This document shows positions 53,271 through 62,059 of a stretch of DNA of 64,000 nucleotides, piece by piece. The translations under genes were made by a program, and so were the position numbers. The notes beneath the pieces are model-generated. The model was not told where the DNA came from, searched no databases, and worked only from the letters and a program-made list of their open reading frames with translations. Origin of the DNA: Candidatus Woesearchaeota archaeon (GTDB taxonomy: Archaea > Nanobdellota > Nanobdellia > Woesearchaeales > WAPJ01); assembly GCA_047602765.1 (NCBI GenBank), contig JBLKOL010000001.1, positions 2,273-66,272 of the forward strand. Direction: 5' to 3'. Position 1 is the first letter of the stretch. Each line of letters opens with the position of its first letter.

Positions 53271-55076
53271 TTATCTTGTCTTCCCGACTTTCTTGAGTCG
53301 TCGTTTCGGCCGCCGGCTCGTGCGGACCGTACCTTTTCCTGCTGTGATGATCAATCCGATGCCTGCCATGGTGAAGACGCCGAGGGCGAAGGCGAGCCGT
53401 GTGTCGCGTTCGAACGTGATCACGGGGTGGTGTTCTCGTTCGAGGTAGAGGTCGAGTTCGGCGAGGCTCAGTGCGTTCTCGATGTAGAGGAGTGCGGTTC
53501 CGAGGTTATCTTCGTAGAGGCTCTGTGCGTATTCGTAGTACGAGTATGCCATGACCGGGAAGTGTCCTTTGCGTGTCTGCTCGGCGATCGCTTCGTAGGC
53601 GGCTGCACGTTTCGCTTCGTAGAGTTTGGGAAGGTCATCTTCTTGTACACCGATGGTTGAAAGGAAGGTTTCGGCTCGCGCAGTGAGCAGGGAAGCCTGG
53701 TAGATGCACACCGCATATTCGTTGTTCCGGTATGCTTCGTGGATCGAAGATACGTCGAGCACGTTCACTCCGGTGATGTACCCTGTGTACTCGGCGAGTT
53801 CGGTGACCGCTGAGAGTTTTCGGGTGCATGCGCGTCTGAGCGTGCGATCGCTGATCGCTTCTCCGGTCTCGAACCCTGAGAACTGCATCCAACTCTCCAT
53901 CGAATCGATACGTGCGAGTGCATATGCTGCGGTGAAGAGCATGCTCTCGTCGAATCGCGTCCTGAAGTCGGTCGACACCTGTTCGCGTTCGAGTTCTTCG
54001 CGAAGCGCGTCTCCGACCGTTGAGCTCTCACGGTAGCGTTCTTCGACGATCGAATAGATCTGTATGTCGTTGAGATCCGGATTCTCCATCTGTGCTTCGA
54101 ATGAGGAGAAGATCTCGCTGGCGCGTTCGAGGTTCTCATCGAGCGTTACGATCACTGCTTCAGATGCTTCATCATCAGGAAGGTCGAGGGTCATGTCGAC
54201 GAGTTGGAGGTAGTATCGTTGTACGCGGATGTTGAAGCAATGGCTCGCCTGCGTATAGTAGTCCCCGCTCTCCTGTGCTTCACGTGCGTTTCGCGTCAGG
54301 TTCTCGACGCGTTCGTATGCGACCCTCACGCTTTCAAGATCTATTTCGAGCGGTGGTGTTTCCTGTTCGGCGCACAGTTCGATGCCGACGTTCCTCATCG
54401 TATCGCGATACGATGCCGGGACTACGATCGTCGCATCGACGGCACTTGTGTCTTCGAGTCCGAGCGCTCCGATAACATCGCTCAGGGACTGTGCGCGTGT
54501 CACCTGTATGGTTTCATCATCAGGTGTGTGGTTCGCGAGGTACGGTATGATGACTTGGTGGAGTCCTGCGCGTTGCGCGGCTTGGATCTTCTCGGAGATG
54601 CCTCCGACGTTTCCGACGACACCTCCGGAGCTGATCGTTCCGGTCACCGCTGTTGTCTGCGGGATGCTCTGTCCGGTGAGTACTGCGTAGGTGATCGCTG
54701 CTGCAGCGGCTCCTGCTGAAGGTCCGCCCACGATCGGGGCTCCCGATTCGATGCTGTAGAGGAAGTCGTAGCGGTCGCAGTCGACGTTCGCGTATTCGCA
54801 GGCGTACCGTTGCGCGTACGTGGTCGATGCCTGCGTGTCGATCTTGGTGAGCGGATCCGAGTGGATGTATACGTTTCCGCTTCCTTCTACGACGCGCAGG
54901 TTCAGGTATGCGATGCCGCCTCGTTGTTCGACACCTGCGTTATCCACAGATACGGCGAGGAGCGGTACGCGTGCGCTCGAAGGATCGCTCACATGCTCGG
55001 GCAAGAGGACGAGTATCCACGCAGTCGTTATGAGGAGGACGATACCGAAGAACATCGCTGCCCGAGAGAATCCCAT
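53271..55076 (-). CDS. Membrane-anchored Lon-type S16 serine protease domain protein (no AAA+ module), long helical domain, C-terminal TM
   Basis: N-terminal TM, IVGGPSAGAAAAAI (Ser), TGTISSGGVVGNVGGISEKIQAAQRAGLHQVIIP (Lys), C-terminal TM plus RRPKRRLKK. Confidence 0.8.
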   Translation of the reverse strand: MGFSRAAMFFGIVLLITTAWILVLLPEHVSDPSSARVPLLAVSVDNAGVEQRGGIAYLNLRVVEGSGNVYIHSDPLTKIDTQASTTYAQRYACEYANVDCDRYDFLYSIESGAPIVGGPSAGAAAAAITYAVLTGQSIPQTTAVTGTISSGGVVGNVGGISEKIQAAQRAGLHQVIIPYLANHTPDDETIQVTRAQSLSDVIGALGLEDTSAVDATIVVPASYRDTMRNVGIELCAEQETPPLEIDLESVRVAYERVENLTRNAREAQESGDYYTQASHCFNIRVQRYYLQLVDMTLDLPDDEASEAVIVTLDENLERASEIFSSFEAQMENPDLNDIQIYSIVEERYRESSTVGDALREELEREQVSTDFRTRFDESMLFTAAYALARIDSMESWMQFSGFETGEAISDRTLRRACTRKLSAVTELAEYTGYITGVNVLDVSSIHEAYRNNEYAVCIYQASLLTARAETFLSTIGVQEDDLPKLYEAKRAAAYEAIAEQTRKGHFPVMAYSYYEYAQSLYEDNLGTALLYIENALSLAELDLYLEREHHPVITFERDTRLAFALGVFTMAGIGLIITAGKGTVRTSRRPKRRLKKVGKTR

Positions 55077-55098
55077 GTGCGGGCTGATGAGAGGGGTG

Positions 55099-55106
55099 TT
55101 TTAAGC
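55099..55106 (-). promoter_or_regulatory. TATA box for Lon-like gene
   Basis: ttttaagc 23 nt from ATG 55076. Confidence 0.45.
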
Positions 55107-55140
55107 GTTATGGAGTCGCGTATCACGGACGTGCGAACCG

Positions 55141-55148
55141 TTATGAAC
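55141..55148 (+). promoter_or_regulatory. TATA-like box for 55170 gene
   Basis: gaaccgTTATGAAC 27 nt upstream of ATG 55170. Confidence 0.4.
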
Positions 55149-55169
55149 CTGTGAGGTGTTCGACGTGAC

Positions 55170-55718
55170 ATGCGTTCGCATCTGGTGTTCAGCGTTCATG
55201 CCGAGCTCGACTTCGTTGAGAAGCCTTTGTGGCTCGATGAATTCCGGCGTGTATTCGACAAGCCTCGCCCATACCACCTCACGCTCAAAACGAACACGTA
55301 CCTAGAGTCCGATCAGGTCGTAGAGCTCGCCTCGGTTCTCGAACGCATCGCTCGTGAACACCGGCCGATGACCGTTACGTTCGATCGGATCGAGCAGAGC
55401 AAGGCGCCGCGAGGGTGGTGTCTTATGATCATGGCAGTTCCCAATCCTGCCCTCAATGAACTCCAAAGAGACGTCTCGCAGCGCTGTGCGTTCGGACCTC
55501 ACACGCATCCCGTGTTCGAATCGTTCGAACGCGAGTTCGCTCCTCGCCTGACGATCGCCCGGCACCTCGATGACGGAGGTCTTGAACGCGCACGCTCCCG
55601 TCTTGGCGATGGTTCGTGCGTTGTTCGCGTGCGAGCGATCGCATCGACCATCACTGCTCGCGCTGATGAACGGTTGAGCGATGCATCGAACACGACCGTG
55701 TTCACGCTCAAGAACTGA
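55170..55718 (+). CDS. 2H phosphoesterase (LigT-like) superfamily protein with degenerate second HxT motif
   Basis: First motif YHLTLK intact; second reads PRLTIAR (His to Arg). Confidence 0.5.
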   Translation: MRSHLVFSVHAELDFVEKPLWLDEFRRVFDKPRPYHLTLKTNTYLESDQVVELASVLERIAREHRPMTVTFDRIEQSKAPRGWCLMIMAVPNPALNELQRDVSQRCAFGPHTHPVFESFEREFAPRLTIARHLDDGGLERARSRLGDGSCVVRVRAIASTITARADERLSDASNTTVFTLKN

Positions 55719-55841
55719 ACGCGTAGTATGTTTCGGGTGGTGGTTGTCGGTCTCTAGGGGCCTATGAGCTGTCTTTGGTGATGGTGAGGATGTGAACGCT
55801 CTTTCTCAAACCTTATGAACTCCTCAACCGCTCGTCTTCGC

Positions 55842-56261
55842 ATGCGCGTACTCGTATTCGGCACCTTCGATCTGCTCCACCCAGGTCATCTGAGCGTCTT
55901 CGAGCAGGCTCGTGCGCTCCACGATCGAGTCGAGCTTCATGCTGTTGTGGCTCGCGATGCGACGGTCGAAGTCGTGAAAGGTCTCGCTCCGGTTGATGAT
56001 GAGAATGAGCGTGTGAAGAACGTCGCATCCTTCGTCGATCGGGCTCATCTCGGCTCGTTCGGTGATAAGTATGTGCTCATCGAACAGATACGCCCTGATA
56101 TCATCGCGCTCGGCTATGATCAGACGCATTTCGTGGACAGCTTGCAGAGCGTGCTCGCCTCGCGTGGATTCGAGCCGCGCATCGTTCGTCTCAAAGCGTA
56201 TATGCCTGAGATCTTCAAGTCGAGTCTGCTCCGAGGGTTCACGTCGGATTCTTCCGTGTAG
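55842..56261 (+). CDS. ribL: FMN adenylyltransferase (archaeal FAD synthase RibL, cytidylyltransferase family)
   Basis: MRVLVFGTFDLLHPGH...VVARD...PDIIALGYDQ collinear with RibL; TATA cttatgaa 55812-55819. Confidence 0.8.
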   Translation: MRVLVFGTFDLLHPGHLSVFEQARALHDRVELHAVVARDATVEVVKGLAPVDDENERVKNVASFVDRAHLGSFGDKYVLIEQIRPDIIALGYDQTHFVDSLQSVLASRGFEPRIVRLKAYMPEIFKSSLLRGFTSDSSV

Positions 56262-58785
56262 TGCGCTTCGCAGGTTTCTTCGCCGCGGGTTTTTGGGTGC
56301 CTGACTTCGTTTTGCTCTTCGGTGCTGCTCTCGTCTTCGATTCTGTGCTCTTGCCTTCTACGACGTTTCCGTCCTTGTCGAGTTTGGTGAGGTTCTTGCA
56401 CTTCGGATACCGCGAGCATCCGAGGAACTTGCCGTAGAAACTCGAGCGCAAGACGAGCGTTCCCTGTTGGCACGTCGGGCATTTCGTTCCTTCAAGTGGG
56501 TGCGTCTCTTTCACGTGCCGCTCGGGGTTCGTCGAGAGCTCTTCTCTTTGATCTTTGCGCATCTCTACTTCGAGCACGGGCCATCCTGCGTCGGTCTTCT
56601 CGAGTACGGTGATGTCTCCTCGTCGTGGGATCTTGACGGTGTGCTTGCACTCGGGATAGTTGGAGCATCCGATGAACCTCCCGTAGCGTCCTTGTCTGAT
56701 CTGGAGTTCTCCGTCTTCGCGTCCGGCTGCCTTGCAGAGCAGGCATGGTCCGATGCTCTCAGTGAGGTCGAGTTCGGGGGTGAGTGTGACGCGTTGCAGC
56801 TCGCTCTTCTTGTCACCGAGTTCCGCTATGGGCCATCCGTTCTCGCGGTCGTCGGTGATGGTGAAGTAGCGTGCGCGTGGTACGTTGATCGTGACGCTGC
56901 ACTCGGGGTAGTTCGAGCATCCGATGAACGCTCCGTACTTGCCTGAGCGGAGCCTGAGCGATCCTTCACGTCCTGCGCTCTCGCACGTCGGACACGGGCA
57001 TACGTACTCTTCGCTCTTGACGGCTTCGACGAGTTCCTCGCCGAGTTCTTTCTCGTGGTCTTTGAAGGTTCCGAGGATCTCGACGATCGTAGCGCGTGCC
57101 TTTTCGAGTACGGCGTTTTGTTGTTTGCGGTCTTCGCGGATCGTGTCCATCTGTTCTTCGAAGCTTCGCGTCAACTCTTCATCGACGATCTTGGGGAAGT
57201 ATTTTTCGAGGATCGAGGAGGTCTGCAGTCCGAGGTCGGTGACTTCGATCGAATCCCCTTTGATGTACGCTCGTTCGTAGAGCGTTTCGATGATCGCCGA
57301 GCGCGTCGCTTTCGTGCCGAGGCCTCGCTTCTCGAGTTCTTTGACGAGCGATGCGGGAGTGTAGCGTCGCGGTGGCTGGGTTTCTTTTGCGGCGAGATCG
57401 ACCTTCTCGACCGCTGCCTTCGCATCTTTGTCGATCGCAGGGAGTTCTTCGTCTTTGAAGCGCGCGTACGGAGCGTAGTAGCGCATCCACTGCGGGTCGG
57501 TTGTGATTGATCCTTTGCTGATGAAGGGTTCGGTTGCGATGTCGAGGCTCAAGGTGACGGTGGCGCGGGTCGCTGGTTGTCCGAACGTCGCGAAGAAGCG
57601 TTTGACGATGAGATCGTAGATCTTCTGTTTCCATCCGTCGAGTTTGGCACGGTTACCCGTCGGATAGATTGCCGGGTGTGCCGGGTCGGATTTCTTTCCG
57701 TTGTTCGGCGTGAGTGTGGTGAGTGCGAGCAGTTCTGCGGCGTGATCCTTGTATGAGGGTTGTTTGGCGAGTTCTCTGAGTACGTTCGCATATCCGATGC
57801 TCGCAGGGAGTTGTTGGCTGCTCGTTCGAGGGTAGCTGATGAGTCCTGCGCTGTAGAGCTCTTGGGCTACTTCGAGCGTCTGTGCGGGTTTGATCTTGAA
57901 GAGCGCGTACGCTTCTGTTTGGAGCGTGGTGAGGTCGAATGGATACGGTGCGGGGAGTTTCTTCTCTGAGAGGTCGCGTCCGGTGACTGTTGCTTCTCGT
58001 GCGTCCTTGGCCTTCTCGTACGCCTTTTTCGCTTCGTCCTCGTCGAGGAAGCGGTCGGTTGCGTGTTTCGCTCCGAACGCGTGCTTCTCGTGTGTGAGTG
58101 CTGCTTCGATCTCCCAGTATGGCGTCGGTATGAAGGCGCGGATCTCTCGTTCCTTGTCGGATACGATCTTGAGCGCGGGTGCTTGTACGCGTCCGGTGCT
58201 CATGATCTTGAAGATGCCTCCTTTGCGGATGGCGGCGGTAAGCGCCCGGCTCAGGTTGATGCCGTAGTACCAGTCGAGCACGTGCCTCGTCTCTCCTGCG
58301 AGCGCTTGTGGCCAGTCGAGGTGCTTCATCTTCTTCTCGTAGCTCTCCTTGAGTTCCTTGCTCGTGAGTGTCGAGAATTTCATCCGGTTCGCATCGTCTT
58401 GTCCGGCGGCGTATCTGATGATGTTGTAGCCGATGACTTCTCCTTCGATGTCGTAGTCTGTTGCGACGGTGAACTCGTCGGCTTGTTTCGCGAGTTGTAT
58501 GAGTACGTCGAGGTACTTCTTCGTGTAATCCGCTCCTCTCGAGACTTCAGCGCTCGGCTTCCATTCGATGTCGAAGACGGGGAACTCGCTTCGCTTGCTC
58601 TTCTCTTTCTCGTCGAGTCCGTAGATGTGTCCGACGGTCGCGGCTACGTAGATGGTTTTGCCGTCGCGTTCGAGTTCGAAGTACGACACCTGTCCTGAAC
58701 GGTGTTGTTTCGGGCTGCCGTTCGCGAGCGCCGCAGCGATTTTCTTCGCCGAGTTCGGCTTCTCTGTGATGATGAGCTCTCTCAT
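56239..58785 (-). CDS. topA: Type IA DNA topoisomerase with three C-terminal zinc ribbons and Lys-rich tail
   Basis: Toprim IITEKP / TDYDIEGE, active-site GLISYPRTSS, three C-x2-C...GCSNYPEC modules. Confidence 0.95.
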   Translation of the reverse strand: MRELIITEKPNSAKKIAAALANGSPKQHRSGQVSYFELERDGKTIYVAATVGHIYGLDEKEKSKRSEFPVFDIEWKPSAEVSRGADYTKKYLDVLIQLAKQADEFTVATDYDIEGEVIGYNIIRYAAGQDDANRMKFSTLTSKELKESYEKKMKHLDWPQALAGETRHVLDWYYGINLSRALTAAIRKGGIFKIMSTGRVQAPALKIVSDKEREIRAFIPTPYWEIEAALTHEKHAFGAKHATDRFLDEDEAKKAYEKAKDAREATVTGRDLSEKKLPAPYPFDLTTLQTEAYALFKIKPAQTLEVAQELYSAGLISYPRTSSQQLPASIGYANVLRELAKQPSYKDHAAELLALTTLTPNNGKKSDPAHPAIYPTGNRAKLDGWKQKIYDLIVKRFFATFGQPATRATVTLSLDIATEPFISKGSITTDPQWMRYYAPYARFKDEELPAIDKDAKAAVEKVDLAAKETQPPRRYTPASLVKELEKRGLGTKATRSAIIETLYERAYIKGDSIEVTDLGLQTSSILEKYFPKIVDEELTRSFEEQMDTIREDRKQQNAVLEKARATIVEILGTFKDHEKELGEELVEAVKSEEYVCPCPTCESAGREGSLRLRSGKYGAFIGCSNYPECSVTINVPRARYFTITDDRENGWPIAELGDKKSELQRVTLTPELDLTESIGPCLLCKAAGREDGELQIRQGRYGRFIGCSNYPECKHTVKIPRRGDITVLEKTDAGWPVLEVEMRKDQREELSTNPERHVKETHPLEGTKCPTCQQGTLVLRSSFYGKFLGCSRYPKCKNLTKLDKDGNVVEGKSTESKTRAAPKSKTKSGTQKPAAKKPAKRTTRKNPT

Positions 58786-58807
58786 GTGCCGGCTCGGACA
58801 GGGCTGC

Positions 58808-58817
58808 TCTATATATA
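58808..58817 (-). promoter_or_regulatory. TATA box for topA (leaderless)
   Basis: ctatatatag 23 nt from ATG 58785. Confidence 0.5.
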
Positions 58818-58959
58818 GGTTACCGGCGTTCTCGTCGGTGTTCGTCTCCGTTCGCGTGCGCGCGCGTAGGGTGAATGCTCGTATACGGTCGGGGGTGCAG
58901 ATACCTGGAATTCTTCCGGTTCTCTGCTACGAGGCGTGTTATAGCGTTGCTCCTCTGCC

Positions 58960-59259
58960 GTGTTTGTGACGCTTGAAGACCACTTGAGGCGGATCATCGA
59001 AGTACGAAGGCGCGCGCTCAGAGTATCGCGTCACTTCGAGGAGAAGGCGATGGAACGCGGGTTGGATGTGGATCGTATTCGGGAGTTGTTCTCATCAGGG
59101 AACTGCGTTGCGTGCGTGCAACAGAGCCATACGCGTTTCAAACTCGTCTTCGAGTACGCCCACGACAAGGATTTAAGTATCATCGTCGACCTTCACACAG
59201 ATGAACAGGTTGACCTTGTGACCGTGTTCCCGAGCAAGAAGGAACGGAGGGTTCGGTGA
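58960..59259 (+). CDS. DUF4258-like small protein (putative toxin of a TA-like pair)
   Basis: RRALRVSRHFEEKAMERGLDVDRIRELFSSG...VDLVTVFPSKK pattern; GTG start; TATA gttatag about 58937. Confidence 0.5.
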   Translation: MFVTLEDHLRRIIEVRRRALRVSRHFEEKAMERGLDVDRIRELFSSGNCVACVQQSHTRFKLVFEYAHDKDLSIIVDLHTDEQVDLVTVFPSKKERRVR

Positions 59260-59624
59260 TGAGAAAGGCAGCGGGAAAGAAGTCGTACGACTACAAAGCA
59301 GATGTTCTCTACGTCAGTCTCTTCGATCGTTCGTTCGATCATTCGGAACACTTCGAACAGTTCATTCTCGACTACGATGCGAACGGCGAGATCGTGGGTT
59401 TGGAGATCCTCGATGTGTCCGTTCTCTTCAAGTGCCCGAAGCAGGCGTTGGTGGATCTTGACGAGCTCGTTTTGGAGGTCGAGATACTGGAGGATGCGAT
59501 GCGTATCGATGCGACGCTCAAGTCGTATGTCCGCAATAGGAGACGAGATACCGTCTTCACGCTCGAACGGGTTCGGCCCGAACACCTCCACCCATCGAAA
59601 GGGCTTGCTCTCTGTGTTTCGTGA
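59256..59624 (+). CDS. DUF2283-like small protein (putative antitoxin partner)
   Basis: YDYKADVLYVSL...ILDYDANGEIVGLEILDVS signature; overlaps the upstream stop. Confidence 0.6.
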   Translation: MMRKAAGKKSYDYKADVLYVSLFDRSFDHSEHFEQFILDYDANGEIVGLEILDVSVLFKCPKQALVDLDELVLEVEILEDAMRIDATLKSYVRNRRRDTVFTLERVRPEHLHPSKGLALCVS

Positions 59625-59692
59625 CTTGTGTTCGGCCGGGTCCGCAAACATTCTTAAACCGTTCATCATACTGCCTTGTGGGGTGTTTCCAC

Positions 59693-60688
59693 ATGGTTAC
59701 TATAGCGATCAATGGATTCGGCCGTATCGGCCGCATGGTGTTTCGAGCTGGATTTCTCGATGAGGACTTCGATGTCGTAGCGATCAATGACTTGACGTCT
59801 CCTCAGGAACTCGCATACCTGCTCAGGTACGATTCGGTGCAGGGCGGATTCCCGGGCGAGGTCGCTTGGGATGACGAACACTTGATCGTCGATGGCAGGC
59901 GCATCCGCGTCTTCGCTGAACGCGATCCGGTGAACCTTCCGTGGCGCGACTACAACGTCGACGTCGTGATCGAAGGTACGGGGTTCTTCACGAAGCGTGA
60001 GGGTGCAGCCAAGCACCTCGAGGCGGGTGCGAAGAAGGTGCTCATCACCGCGCCCGGTAAGGGTGTTGATCTTACGATCGTCAAGGGTGTGAATGAGCAC
60101 GATTATGATCCTGAGCAGCATGATATCGTTTCGAACGGTTCGTGTACGACGAACAATATCGCTCCAATAGTGAAGGTCATGCATGACAATTACGGTGTTG
60201 AGAAGTGCTTGTTCGTAACCGTTCATGCCTATACAGCGACCCAAAAGCTCATCGATGGTCCTGACGCGAAGGATCCGCGTCGCGGACGTGCTGCTGCGCT
60301 CAACATCGTGCCTTCGACGACGGGTGCGGCCAAGACGGTCGTGCAGGTCATCCCTGAGCTAGAGGGGCGGATCGACGGCCATGCGTTGCGCATTCCGATT
60401 CCGGTCGGTTCGATCACGGATATGAACTTCGTTCTCTCGCGTGAGGTGTCGGAGCACGAGGTCCGAGAGCTCTTCCGCAGTGTTTCACATCACCACTTGC
60501 ACGGTGTCCTCTCGTATTCTGAGGAGGCTCTCGTCTCTTCGGATATCGTCGGTTCGCAGTATTCGACGGTCGTCGATGCTCAGATGACGCGGGTCATGGG
60601 CAACTTCGTCAAGCTCCAGGCGTGGTACGACAACGAGTACGGCTATTCGTGCCGCTGCGTGGAAGTCGCGAAGATGCTCGTCGAATAG
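59693..60688 (+). CDS. gap: Glyceraldehyde-3-phosphate dehydrogenase, type I (bacterial/eukaryal class)
   Basis: INGFGRIGR, NGSCTTNNIAP active site, WYDNEYGYS. Confidence 0.95.
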   Translation: MVTIAINGFGRIGRMVFRAGFLDEDFDVVAINDLTSPQELAYLLRYDSVQGGFPGEVAWDDEHLIVDGRRIRVFAERDPVNLPWRDYNVDVVIEGTGFFTKREGAAKHLEAGAKKVLITAPGKGVDLTIVKGVNEHDYDPEQHDIVSNGSCTTNNIAPIVKVMHDNYGVEKCLFVTVHAYTATQKLIDGPDAKDPRRGRAAALNIVPSTTGAAKTVVQVIPELEGRIDGHALRIPIPVGSITDMNFVLSREVSEHEVRELFRSVSHHHLHGVLSYSEEALVSSDIVGSQYSTVVDAQMTRVMGNFVKLQAWYDNEYGYSCRCVEVAKMLVE

Positions 60689-60781
60689 AGCGGGCACCCA
60701 CCCTCTATCCGAAGGAACACGTATGCCGAAAAATATTTAAAGGACATAAGTAACTACTGTGTTGTAATAACATAGGTGGTT

Positions 60782-61399
60782 ATGGTGTACGAAAGCCCCC
60801 AAGAACGCAAGGAACGCCGCTTCTTCGAGATGCTCAAGCCCAAGAACGTCGCATGGTCGGTGCCGATCGCCGCGGCTGCAATCTATCTTGGAGTGGGAGA
60901 TGATACTCCCGCAGAGAAGATCTCTCGATTCTACGATGGTGCTCGCAGCGGACTCGAGCATGTGACTCTCGCTGCTCGCGATGGCGCTGTACGTGCTGCT
61001 CAAGCTGTAGGCGAAGGAGCCCGAACGGTTATCGATGGTGCTGCACAGCGCGTACAGACCGCCAATGCACCCTACCTTGAAGCCGAAATCGAAGCGTTGC
61101 GGGATTCTACGGTGGGAACCGTTCGAATCGCAGCCCTTCCAGGCGAGGGTATCGATGCGTTGATGCGTTCGGTCGGACACGAGATCACCGATCTCAACGC
61201 GCCCGCGAAGAGAGCGTACTTCCAGGAAACGAACGGATTGGATGGAAGGACGCTCCAATTGGGAAGCGTATATAAGGTTCCGATTCTCGGGAACATGCTC
61301 AGACCTGAGATGACACCTGATGGGACGTACGTGCCGGTACACGGTCCCGATGATTCGGTCGTCGGGTTCGTCGAGTATGCCGGCCCGCGCACTCAGTGA
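60782..61399 (+). CDS. Membrane-anchored hypothetical protein (205 aa)
   Basis: N-terminal TM; taggtgg SD-like sequence 5 nt upstream of ATG; weak LysM-like C-terminus (uncertain). Confidence 0.5.
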   Translation: MVYESPQERKERRFFEMLKPKNVAWSVPIAAAAIYLGVGDDTPAEKISRFYDGARSGLEHVTLAARDGAVRAAQAVGEGARTVIDGAAQRVQTANAPYLEAEIEALRDSTVGTVRIAALPGEGIDALMRSVGHEITDLNAPAKRAYFQETNGLDGRTLQLGSVYKVPILGNMLRPEMTPDGTYVPVHGPDDSVVGFVEYAGPRTQ

Positions 61400-61509
61400 T
61401 AGGAGCGCCGACGATCGAACATGGCATGCTCATGTTCGAACCTTCAACTCTGCGCATCCGACCGAACAATAACACTACCCCTAAAAACCCTTGATTCCAC
61501 CTTCTCGGC

Positions 61510-62046
61510 ATGCCTCCGCTCATGCAATCTGAGGATCCGTTCATCCTCACACGCGAAGCGATCAAGGTCCTCTCGGTCGACACGCGCCTCGATATCCTCA
61601 AGCTCCTCGACGAGCGTCCGCATACGCTCACCGAGATCAAGGATACTCTCGAGCTCGCTCCGGCGACCGTCTCGGAACACCTCGCACGCCTTGAAGATGC
61701 GGGTCTCATCGAGAAGCGTGATGAGGGTCGTAAGTGGAAGTACTATGCGCTCACGCTCCAAGGGCAGAAGCTCTTCACGAAGAAGCCTGCTACGTTCACC
61801 TTCGCCTTCGCGCTCTCGACGTTCGCTGCGGGGGGATTCGCGATCGCATCGATGCTCCGCGCCCAGACGCAGGAATCGTCGGTGATGCGTTCCGAGCCTG
61901 CGATGGATACGTTCATGGCTGAAGCAGCACCGATCGCAGAGACCGCAGCGTCTCCGGACTGGCTGCTCATCACCGCCGGTGCGTTCGCCGTGCTCTCGCT
62001 CGTATTGCTCGTCTTTATGCTCGCCAAACGCTTAAAAAGAGCTTGA
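61510..62046 (+). CDS. ArsR-family winged-helix regulator fused to two C-terminal TM helices
   Basis: LKVLSVDTRLDILKLLDERPHTLTEIKDTLELAPATVSEHLARLEDAGLIEK then two hydrophobic segments. Confidence 0.8.
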   Translation: MPPLMQSEDPFILTREAIKVLSVDTRLDILKLLDERPHTLTEIKDTLELAPATVSEHLARLEDAGLIEKRDEGRKWKYYALTLQGQKLFTKKPATFTFAFALSTFAAGGFAIASMLRAQTQESSVMRSEPAMDTFMAEAAPIAETAASPDWLLITAGAFAVLSLVLLVFMLAKRLKRA

Positions 62047-62059
62047 TGGCTGATTCGGT

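Noticed and set aside
60782-61399. LysM domain call for the C-terminus of the 205-aa protein
   Set aside because: The resemblance is only loose (LQLGSVYKVPI), and the diagnostic GD[TS]L core is absent. I kept it as hypothetical.
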